In this document: positions 1 through 8,087 of the stretch, in pieces
Position numbering within the stretch: position 1 is the stretch's first letter
Layout: every line of letters begins with the position of its first letter
DNA from: a virus
Lineage: Duplodnaviria; Caudoviricetes
Strand: one strand, 5' to 3'
IMG/VR virus record: IMGVR_UViG_3300047387_000084
Location: 1 to 60,298 of that record
DNA length: 60,298 nt
Position numbers and translations under genes: made by a program
Notes under the pieces: generated by a model
Told to the model about the DNA's origin: nothing
Databases searched by the model: none
The model's input: only the letters and a program-made list of their open reading frames with translations

Positions 1-2143
1 GGCCGTTGAGTTGTTTTCCTCCATTTGTGTCAGAGCCGATGTGCAGCTTGCTTGCCGTAAGAAAGTTGCCGGTGTGTGGGAATGGAGCAGTTTGATTGCT
101 CATGGTGGCGGCAGAACCGTCCTGAGAACCCTCCATGGTGTTAGAGTTATAGCTCAAGGCTGTTCTCAAAAGAGTCCCCGCAGCTAAACGACCGTAGTTT
201 AACACGTTAACTCCATCATAACTAAGGAGCGGAGACGAAGAGCCTAGATTTTTGTAGGCAAACCGCTGATTATCGGCTGACCCATAGATAAGTGAGTTAG
301 CACCATCAGCATCGTTGAAAATAAACTCAGCGTAAAACGTTCCTTCTGAGCTTGAAAAGAAGTCGGTGAAGGCCGTCCGCGATGCCGGTGCGCCTGATGT
401 CGGGATGAATCCAGTCGGTGAGCTACCGAGTTCAACTTGAGGCATCGCGATTTCAATTGAGTCGCCAGAGGTAACTATATCGACGCCGAAGTTAACATTT
501 CCACCACCTGATTTACCTGTGAATGTCGCGGTAAACTTTTGGAATTCACTCGTAAGGGAAATTGATTGCTTTGCTGTGGGTGAACTTAAATAGATGATGT
601 TACAACCACCGCTTCCCGAGACGCGCCTTGCCCAGATTGATGCTGTATAAGTCGCCCCGTTGCTTGTTGGAACAGGAATGTAATAAGCCGCATTTGCTCC
701 AGTAGAGGTAATTACGCGAGACGCATTTAATGAATAACCACTTCCGGCAGATGAGTTAATCAGATACTCCTGCCACCCTCCAGAAAAGTCAGAATGAGTT
801 ACGAGGTTTGTCGAATCAGGGTCAATGCTAAGGTTGTCAGCGGCTCGCGTTCTTGCAGCGGCGTCACCGCCTGCTGTCGGTATGTAGGACGTGGCGACAC
901 TTCCGGCTTCGACTTGAGGTAGTGCAAAAAGAACTGAGCGTGTGCCTAACTCAATGTCAGGGTATAATTTAAAATAATCGACTGAAGAAAAAGATGCTGA
1001 TATTCGCCACCATCCGTCTCCGTGTTCTTTAATATCATAACCTGCCGGAGAACCGTCTAAAGAATGATAACTGGCACCAGCTTGAGTAAGATTAAAAGTT
1101 ACCGCTCCAAAACCATCGCTGTTTATGCTAACTCTTGAATCGGTCGAATCTCTCTTTACATATACACTTATTGTTGTGACTGAAGAGGAGCCTATGTAGT
1201 CTTGAATCCGCCCATAGGTTTCGCTTGCTGTAACCCTAAGAGCATTTTGCGATTGGAAAGGAGATGTAATATCTGTTTCTTGTTTTGTGGAACTTTGTAA
1301 ACCCCAGCCAGAAGAAAAATCAGTGTTCGTTACCAAGTTAGTTGCCGACGGCTCCACCAGAATCATCGGCACTCGTGGGCCGAAGGTTGCCCCTGTGATA
1401 AACTTCGGGCTGCCCGTTGTGTTCGCCACGAAGTCGTATTCAATCTCACCGTCAACAACTTGAGGCGTTGAGTATTCAAGGACGTTATCAATGGTGTGTG
1501 TTCCTAATTCAACTAACCCTATACTAACATTACCTCCTCCGACTTTACCGGAAAAAGTAACAACTATTTTTTGAAAATTTGAATCTAAATTTATTACGGA
1601 ATGATTATTAATAGGTGAATTTTGAGACCAAGCTCTAAACCCATTGCCTCCACCATTAGAAACTGAACGAACAAAAAAACTATAAGTATAATTTTTCCCC
1701 TCTTCTGTATTTATACTGTGTTTGAGCTGTGCAGTATTGCCTGTAGTAGTCCAGCGCAAAATAGGCTGACCATTCAGGGTTTCACTTTGAACACTGCTAT
1801 TTGAGAGGTAGTGGCTCCAATTACTAGAAAAGTCCGTATTCCCAACGTTTTGAAAGACCGTCGGAGTCAACTCGGCTCCCTGAGTGTGGTCAACGCGCAC
1901 CGTGTTCGCACTAGCTGACTGTATGACTCCATTGGCATCGGTGAACGTTGCAACGCCGCTGCGGTTCGCTGTGATAACGTCGAGCGACGATGGGACCGAT
2001 GGATCTAAGTCCAGTGTAAACGCCTCAAGCGTGCCTTTCATCGACGTTTCTGAGTCGAATAAGAGATACGGGTCCAAGGATAAGGGGTTGAAGGGGATTA
2101 CCCCACCCTTAGTAATACCTAAGCCGAGACCGAGACGTGACAT
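1..2143 (-). CDS. Fibre/spike protein with repeated carbohydrate-binding-like beta-sandwich units; runs off the window start (3' partial)
   Basis: Absent from the ORF track because it has no stop in the window. ATG at 2143 (MSRLGLGLGITKGG...), frame open wherever I checked. Repeated units of the type TNLVTxxDFSxGW...PQVExGSxxTxxIPT. Confidence 0.75.
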   Translation of the reverse strand, partial: MSRLGLGLGITKGGVIPFNPLSLDPYLLFDSETSMKGTLEAFTLDLDPSVPSSLDVITANRSGVATFTDANGVIQSASANTVRVDHTQGAELTPTVFQNVGNTDFSSNWSHYLSNSSVQSETLNGQPILRWTTTGNTAQLKHSINTEEGKNYTYSFFVRSVSNGGGNGFRAWSQNSPINNHSVINLDSNFQKIVVTFSGKVGGGNVSIGLVELGTHTIDNVLEYSTPQVVDGEIEYDFVANTTGSPKFITGATFGPRVPMILVEPSATNLVTNTDFSSGWGLQSSTKQETDITSPFQSQNALRVTASETYGRIQDYIGSSSVTTISVYVKRDSTDSRVSINSDGFGAVTFNLTQAGASYHSLDGSPAGYDIKEHGDGWWRISASFSSVDYFKLYPDIELGTRSVLFALPQVEAGSVATSYIPTAGGDAAARTRAADNLSIDPDSTNLVTHSDFSGGWQEYLINSSAGSGYSLNASRVITSTGANAAYYIPVPTSNGATYTASIWARRVSGSGGCNIIYLSSPTAKQSISLTSEFQKFTATFTGKSGGGNVNFGVDIVTSGDSIEIAMPQVELGSSPTGFIPTSGAPASRTAFTDFFSSSEGTFYAEFIFNDADGANSLIYGSADNQRFAYKNLGSSSPLLSYDGVNVLNYGRLAAGTLLRTALSYNSNTMEGSQDGSAATMSNQTAPFPHTGNFLTASKLHIGSDTNGGKQLNG

Positions 2144-2148
2144 GCCGA

Positions 2149-2397
2149 TTATACTTGTTTGTATGCGAGAACCTTACCTGAACTCAGAGTGAAGGCAGTA
2201 ATTTGACCGTAGATAACCGTCCCCGAAGGAATGGAAATTGAGGTTAACGCTCCTTCTAACTCAGGCCAAGTCAGAGCTGAGAACGTAGCATCCTCAAGGA
2301 TCTGCAAAGCGCAGAACTCGCCAGTAGTGGCGGAGGTGTCTGTAACGATCTTAGCCCCACGTTGTCCGAAGGTCTGTTTGTCGATGTTGTTAGTCAT
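2149..2397 (-). CDS. Small virion-associated hypothetical protein (82 aa)
   Basis: Beta-rich ORF tightly packed in the structural block. Confidence 0.6.
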   Translation of the reverse strand: MTNNIDKQTFGQRGAKIVTDTSATTGEFCALQILEDATFSALTWPELEGALTSISIPSGTVIYGQITAFTLSSGKVLAYKQV

Positions 2398-2458
2398 AAA
2401 TTAAATAATGTTTGGGTTGTTTAACTGTGAGTTTTAGTTCGTGAAATGTCGAAACATT

Positions 2459-4783
2459 TTAAATTATATTGAGAATAGCAGACCCTGATCCTGATGGGTC
2501 TAAAGAAAGTCGGGGCTTGGCGGCTCCTCTGGCGGCGTCTAGCTCCTCGTCCAGAAGCTTTTGACAGATCGTCCAGTGGTATTGAGCGCGTTCTAAATCA
2601 GCGTTGTCCTCTGCTAGCATGCCTAAAAGGCCGTGTTTAATAGCGTTTAGGTTACCTAGATAGATTAGGTCGTCTTGAACAAGGACAGGCTCCCACGCCC
2701 TCTTGAGTAAAAGCTTAATGTTCTTAACCTCAGCGGACGGATTACTAAACCGGAATCGACGGTAGCGAGCTACGCCGTCTCCTTTGACTACGGCTAGTGT
2801 TGTGGTTGAGGAAGTGTCTCCTGCGTATCGCCGAGACCCATTGACCCCCCCAACCGATGACGGCTCTCTTGGAGGGACGCTCATCTTCATGACATAGTTC
2901 GCCTTTTGAGGGGCCATGTAGATGGAATTACCATGAACCGCACCGTAAGAATACCAAGAGTCAGTGGCGGTATTAGTTTTAGCACCTGATCCAGTAAGTT
3001 CAGCCGATATTTCTTTATACCCTATCTCATCCGTTGCCGGATCTATCCAAAATATGTAAGGAATCTCAAAAGGGACTGAGTAGACAATACCGTCTGGGCC
3101 TAATACAGACGAAAACGATTTATTAAAGTAAACATCTACCTCACTAGAAGTCCCGCTGAAATAAGTATTTTCACGAATCCGTAGAGCCGCCGGAAGAGGG
3201 ATCTCAGTTGCAGTATCATTAGACGTATCAATTTTAAGGATTGCGTTTGCGTGTCTAGGGAAACAGTAGATACAGCCATTTGACGGCACGAATGTGCCTC
3301 CAGAGTATTTATTCCAATACGGGTGATGAATAGTAATATTAGAATCAATTTTGCCTGTGTAATACGGCTCATTTCCGGTGATAAGGTCACTACCGACTGT
3401 TACCGAATCATTAGTAGGATTAACAATTACAATTTTATCAGCCCCGTAGGGGGTCAAATAAATTTTACCGTTTGCTGCTTTCGTAGCCCCGATATAACTA
3501 TCGTAAACCCACCTAAAATTATTCTGTGAGGTTGAAATATCATCAATCTCACTAACCCAATTAGGGCGGACATCATAAATACCTCCTGTTCTATTACCGC
3601 TAGAATCAGTTGGGAAGTTAATCGGTAATTCTGTTCTCCCCCAAGGAGAAACGTGATTCGTAGTAGAGGTCGCATCAATGTCAAATTTTACAACATACGG
3701 TGTTGAAACTTGATCATTAGTAACGGTAGCCCCTCTACTATATACTGAGGAATAAATATTGCCGTTGGTTTCAGCTCCCCCTCTCAAATGTTCGGGATTG
3801 TATCCTAAGTAGGAATCAGTAGCTACTGAAGGATTACCCACTGGAGGTGCGCTAATGTAAGGATCTCCAACGGTTCCCGCAGCAGAGGGGTTAATCTTCA
3901 AATAACTATTATAACCAGAAGCGTTCGCATAAATAAACCCGTCGCTAGCGTTTAAAGTATCGACAAGTTTGCTTCCGATTAAAGGGGGGTTAGCACTTGT
4001 TCCGGCGACTGCGCCCCCATTACTTGTCGTATCCGTTACGGGATCTATAACTAGTAAGAAGTCCTCGTGGTAGGGAGGGCAAAAAAGCTTATCACCACCA
4101 TTGGCAATACCACGCCATTTACCATCCCGATTTCCGTTTAAATCACTGCCGATCAACTTAAAAGTTAGGTGTGAACCAGAGACTGTTGAAGCCACAGCGG
4201 AGACCTTAACTTCTTCGGAAACGTCAGCAAAACTAACAGACTTGATACTGACGACTTTATTGACAAGAGTAGACAAAGAGGCCGTCCCATTTAGGTCAAA
4301 CGTGTGGCTCTCAACATCGTCCTCACCGACCGCAAAATCAGTTTCTTCTCCATAAACGACTGTGACCGAACCAGTAGTAGGTAAAGTCGTTTTTGGCGCG
4401 ATTGGCTCGACTACGATATAATAGACATCTGTGTCTGTTTTATGAACTAAATCCTCTTTAGCCTCGTGGAAACCATCGTCCACAACACCGAAAATAGGCG
4501 CTGGTCCTGATTTCGCGTAGCCAGAAATACGGTAATCATGCCACTGAGAACGAGCTTGAACCGGAGAATCTTGTAACATCGCGCCTAAAAGGCTCTCAGA
4601 ATGCTCAGGCAACGCGAAATAATCGTTCGTAGTGTCGATAGAATGGTCGTAGAGTAGATCTTTCCACATCCCCATCCCATACAGGCGGGGCATGACTAGA
4701 TTCAGCTTGGCTACAAGATCTTCGTCAGGCCGGACGTATTCAGACAAGGCTTTAGTTACGGCCTTTACGGTCAAAGCTGGCAT
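2459..4783 (-). CDS. Head-tail adaptor/tail-tubular-like protein with an inserted beta-propeller domain
   Basis: Helical N- and C-terminal parts resemble podoviral adaptors; the middle has repeats like GxxxxxNGKIYxxPxxAxxIxxIxP. Confidence 0.55.
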   Translation of the reverse strand: MPALTVKAVTKALSEYVRPDEDLVAKLNLVMPRLYGMGMWKDLLYDHSIDTTNDYFALPEHSESLLGAMLQDSPVQARSQWHDYRISGYAKSGPAPIFGVVDDGFHEAKEDLVHKTDTDVYYIVVEPIAPKTTLPTTGSVTVVYGEETDFAVGEDDVESHTFDLNGTASLSTLVNKVVSIKSVSFADVSEEVKVSAVASTVSGSHLTFKLIGSDLNGNRDGKWRGIANGGDKLFCPPYHEDFLLVIDPVTDTTSNGGAVAGTSANPPLIGSKLVDTLNASDGFIYANASGYNSYLKINPSAAGTVGDPYISAPPVGNPSVATDSYLGYNPEHLRGGAETNGNIYSSVYSRGATVTNDQVSTPYVVKFDIDATSTTNHVSPWGRTELPINFPTDSSGNRTGGIYDVRPNWVSEIDDISTSQNNFRWVYDSYIGATKAANGKIYLTPYGADKIVIVNPTNDSVTVGSDLITGNEPYYTGKIDSNITIHHPYWNKYSGGTFVPSNGCIYCFPRHANAILKIDTSNDTATEIPLPAALRIRENTYFSGTSSEVDVYFNKSFSSVLGPDGIVYSVPFEIPYIFWIDPATDEIGYKEISAELTGSGAKTNTATDSWYSYGAVHGNSIYMAPQKANYVMKMSVPPREPSSVGGVNGSRRYAGDTSSTTTLAVVKGDGVARYRRFRFSNPSAEVKNIKLLLKRAWEPVLVQDDLIYLGNLNAIKHGLLGMLAEDNADLERAQYHWTICQKLLDEELDAARGAAKPRLSLDPSGSGSAILNII

Positions 4784-4789
4784 GGGATA

Positions 4790-4818
4790 ACTTTACAATT
4801 AGGGTAACACAAAGTCAA
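4790..4818 (-). promoter_or_regulatory. Sigma70-type promoter, probably leaderless
   Basis: TTGACT-17 nt-TAAAGT, ATG 6 nt after the -10 box. Confidence 0.7.
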
Positions 4819-4856
4819 TCACTGAGAAATTCTTTAAATTACATCAGATAAATGCT

Positions 4857-5054
4857 CTAAACCCATACCTTCCCGTATCCAAGGAGTAAAATCATTTGTA
4901 TCGATTGAGATCTGCATCGGTAGCAGAGCGCATCAGGATTTGACCAACAAGTATCCCATCCTTTTTTAGAATAAAATTCTTTTAAAGAATTTATTCTCTG
5001 GCGTTGTTGTTTACCCCAAAATTTAATTGTCGTTGTAAAACAAACTTTTTTCAT
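4857..5054 (-). CDS. Hypothetical protein (65 aa), possibly frameshifted
   Basis: AT-rich ORF starting 1 nt after the GT32 stop. Confidence 0.4.
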   Translation of the reverse strand: MKKVCFTTTIKFWGKQQRQRINSLKEFYSKKGWDTCWSNPDALCYRCRSQSIQMILLLGYGKVWV

Positions 5055-5055
5055 A

Positions 5056-5721
5056 TCACCAGTTATGAGTCCAGTAAGTAACTGCGTAACTTTTAGGGTA
5101 TGCTTCTTTCAAAAGATCTACACATTCCCAGTCAATGCTTCTAGCTACTCGATCACATTCAGGATCCCCCCACGCTCTAGGATAAATTAAATCGTGGGAT
5201 AACAGAGTATGATTAGGTTTATGGACATCAACAGCCCAATTTAAGCGGTCAGGTCCAGCTACTTGTTCTGTTGATCTACTAACTTTTTTTGCTAAATCGT
5301 TAAAAGCATCGAAAGCCATAGCTAACCAAAAGGTATCCCCTTTAGGGGAATACATCCAAGCATTTGGTAGTGGTTGTCCGGAATTATTGTGCTTACCTAA
5401 AACTATATGGTCCCCTAATGGGGTTAGTAGAGCATCCATATCCTTCAAGCAAATGAAGTCCATATCCGCATAAATACCCCCATGCTTGTGTAGGTATAGT
5501 AATCGGCATAAGTCCGATTTTATTACGCCCTTCTTAACTTTTTGGAAAATATCCCAAAACATAGGGTAATCATCTCGAACTAATCGTTCGTTATCCTCAT
5601 CAGTCCAAAACTTATATTCCCAATCAGGACTCATGTTTTTCCAAGAGTCTTGCCACGATTCCCTATAAATGTTACGGGGGATGTCGTAATCTTTCCAAGT
5701 CTGATGTATGATTTTTTCCAT
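5056..5721 (-). CDS. GT32/OCH1-like DXD glycosyltransferase
   Basis: KIIHQTW, WEYKFWTD, SDLCRLLYL..HGGIYADMD and GP motifs. Confidence 0.9.
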   Translation of the reverse strand: MEKIIHQTWKDYDIPRNIYRESWQDSWKNMSPDWEYKFWTDEDNERLVRDDYPMFWDIFQKVKKGVIKSDLCRLLYLHKHGGIYADMDFICLKDMDALLTPLGDHIVLGKHNNSGQPLPNAWMYSPKGDTFWLAMAFDAFNDLAKKVSRSTEQVAGPDRLNWAVDVHKPNHTLLSHDLIYPRAWGDPECDRVARSIDWECVDLLKEAYPKSYAVTYWTHNW

Positions 5722-6393
5722 CTACCAAAATTTTGTTTCAAGTGTTTTACCACTGATATTCGACGCACCAGCTCGCTGGCCTACGACCCACTCTTTTGGG
5801 CAGTAAACTGGCCAATCCTTGCGTCGGTGGGCTAATTCAAGCTGGTGGTCAATGTGCTTGTTCGTGTTACGGTAGTCCGTCGCATATGATATATGGCGGT
5901 AAAACGACGTGAAAGTAGACTGATTAACGGCGTAGGCGTGCGTCCTGTTAATAGAGTTCCCGACAATTACATTAGGAGAGTCAGTAGGTGTGGGGTCTCG
6001 GCGGTGTTGACCACCTAAATAGATCTGCCCCCAATCCTCCGGCACGTCTTCCATGAACTCATTGAGCTTCTCTAAAGAGTCTTCCTTAAATATCACGTCG
6101 TCTTCTAATACCAATACGTTGTTCAAAGACATATTGTAGCGGTCATCTCTAGTATGGATGACATCCTCCAGAATCCTTTGATGCGAACGTAAACAACCCC
6201 ACGCGCCTCTGCCAGAACCCCAGTCAGCCGGACAGGTTGTCCAGTCTCCGATTATAGCAGGATAATAGTAAACCCAGTCATTATTAGCCATTCCGGTTTC
6301 TTCCAGATGCTTCTTCGTCTCTTCGAGACGATCCGGTCTATGGGCGCAGTTGATCACGTAAACGCGGTCAAACCAGTCAGTTAGATTCTTCAT
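5722..6393 (-). CDS. GT25-family glycosyltransferase
   Basis: VYVINC..RPDR, GAWGCLRSH, LVLEDD, IYLG, THAYAVN and IDH motifs. Confidence 0.9.
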   Translation of the reverse strand: MKNLTDWFDRVYVINCAHRPDRLEETKKHLEETGMANNDWVYYYPAIIGDWTTCPADWGSGRGAWGCLRSHQRILEDVIHTRDDRYNMSLNNVLVLEDDVIFKEDSLEKLNEFMEDVPEDWGQIYLGGQHRRDPTPTDSPNVIVGNSINRTHAYAVNQSTFTSFYRHISYATDYRNTNKHIDHQLELAHRRKDWPVYCPKEWVVGQRAGASNISGKTLETKFW

Positions 6394-6908
6394 GGGTTTC
6401 CGTCTCCTTCAGATACTGAGGATGAACTTTTTGATGATCCTGAAGAGCTAGAGCTAGAGGCTGAAGAGCTAGAGGCTGAAGAGCTAGAGGCTGAAGAGCT
6501 AGAGGCTGAAGAGCTAGAGGCTGAAGAGCTAGAGGCTGAAGAGCTGGAACTAGAGGCTGAAGAGCTAGAACTAGAGGCTGAAGAGCTAGAACTATCAGGA
6601 CTACAAGGGGAATCATGAACGGTAACCTCTATGGTTACAGTAGATGAAGAAGACGAAGAAGAAGACGAAGACGAATTACTGCTTGTATAGGTTCCCGAAG
6701 CATCATTTTCACTGGAACCTCCCTCCCATTGCTGGAAAAACACATCGAGTATTATCCATTCCGAACTACCGTTCCAATAAAGGGTATAAGACGCAGCAGC
6801 AGTATAGTATTGAACGCTGTCGTCCCAATACAAGTCGATGGGGTCTCCGCTCACCCCATCGTCAGTGACGACGAGCCGCGCCCTACACTTTCCGTTCGGT
6901 GCCGCCAT
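6390..6908 (-). CDS. Poly-serine protein (172 aa)
   Basis: In register with neighbours (4 nt overlap with the GT25 start); small beta domain plus two Ser tracts. Confidence 0.7.
   Translation of the reverse strand: MAAPNGKCRARLVVTDDGVSGDPIDLYWDDSVQYYTAAASYTLYWNGSSEWIILDVFFQQWEGGSSENDASGTYTSSNSSSSSSSSSSSTVTIEVTVHDSPCSPDSSSSSASSSSSSASSSSSSASSSSASSSSASSSSASSSSASSSSASSSSSSGSSKSSSSVSEGDGNP
6443..6594 (-). repeat. Tandem 15/21-bp repeats encoding SSSSA units
   Basis: (gaagagctagaggct)n on the + strand. Confidence 0.9.
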
Positions 6909-8087
6909 TTATTCTCTCGGGTAAGCTGAGTTAATAAAGTTCTCGTTAGCTATGAACTGCTCTTTACTACGCTCAGGCATATCAAACCCTCTAAAGCCTT
7001 TACGGGTTCCGGTCAGTTTCAAAGTTACCTTAGAAGGCCGTAAAAAAGATAAAGGCCACGCCGAAAGAATCACGTTGTTCTTCTCAACCACCGCACCAAC
7101 TGATCCAGCCTTGTCGCCGGATATTCCTGTAACAGTCATCGAGTCCGGTTCACACACTACCAAGAACCTGTCATCGATTCGGGCTACTGTATTGGCTCCT
7201 TCTAACGGCACATCCCTCATCACGAACTCAAAGAGAACCTCATTGGATTCCATCGTGAACAACGCACCGTATCCTTTGTCATGCCAGTCCATAGGCACAA
7301 TAGCGGTAGATTTGTCAGAACCGGATGAAGAGGAAGAAGAGGAAGAAGAGGAAGAGGAAGAAGAGGAAGAGGAAGAGGAAGAAGAGGAAGAGGAAGAAGA
7401 GGAAGAAGATGAAGAAGAATCTTCCTGAACACCAAAAGCTGTTAACCAGTAAACGTCAGTGGATATGTTTTGGTCTAGGTTTTCTATCTCATAACCAACG
7501 TCTTCCGAAGCTCCTACCCCTTTAGGGGCTACATAACCAATCTTAACGTAGAACTTACCGCCGTTGTCATTAGGTAAATTTTGTTGTGGGGGAGGATCGC
7601 CATTCCCATCATCCCCTCTAATATCACATAAAGTAACAGCACCTGAACTGTTAGTCTCCCAATAAAGATAAACATTACCCCGCCAGTTCAGTCTATAGAA
7701 CTTGTATCGGTTTTCTAATGGACTGTTTGCTGGCGGCTCTAAATTAGACGGAGTGACTACTTGTGGGTTGCCTATACCAGTCTGCGATACCAACCCGTCC
7801 GTATTAAACACCATCCGGTTAATCTGATGCACTAGAACACCGTAATAAATGTGTATCCCTTCCTGACCACTAACAGCAGGAGCAGGCCGCAAGGCAAACG
7901 GATACGGCTTGTAAGCTGGATCTTCAGGACTAACACTCCCAGTCGTTGTGTCGTAGTTGTCATCAAAATCACCCGTAAAGTCACGCGGACCTTCAGGCGC
8001 ACCCTCTAACGGTATCGGTAGAGGAATATCAGAACTGTCTTCGGGCTTCATGATGGAGGATAAACAGTTACTGTCTCCATGAGCCAC
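6909..8087 (-). CDS. Structural protein with a >30-residue poly-Ser linker and a C-terminal chaperone-like domain
   Basis: Poly-Ser at about 7325-7422; the C-terminal domain shares DSMTV and GxRK with the fibre at 10542-13319; true start may be 8051. Confidence 0.65.
   Translation of the reverse strand: MAHGDSNCLSSIMKPEDSSDIPLPIPLEGAPEGPRDFTGDFDDNYDTTTGSVSPEDPAYKPYPFALRPAPAVSGQEGIHIYYGVLVHQINRMVFNTDGLVSQTGIGNPQVVTPSNLEPPANSPLENRYKFYRLNWRGNVYLYWETNSSGAVTLCDIRGDDGNGDPPPQQNLPNDNGGKFYVKIGYVAPKGVGASEDVGYEIENLDQNISTDVYWLTAFGVQEDSSSSSSSSSSSSSSSSSSSSSSSSSSSSSSSSGSDKSTAIVPMDWHDKGYGALFTMESNEVLFEFVMRDVPLEGANTVARIDDRFLVVCEPDSMTVTGISGDKAGSVGAVVEKNNVILSAWPLSFLRPSKVTLKLTGTRKGFRGFDMPERSKEQFIANENFINSAYPRE

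Noticed and set aside
6377-6616. (LALQP)n ORF
   Set aside because: Alternative frame of the 15-bp Ser repeat; the Ser frame is the one coupled to its neighbours
6952-7525. Poly-Glu, poly-Lys/Arg and Leu-Pro ORFs
   Set aside because: Antisense or alternative-frame shadows of the poly-Ser tract
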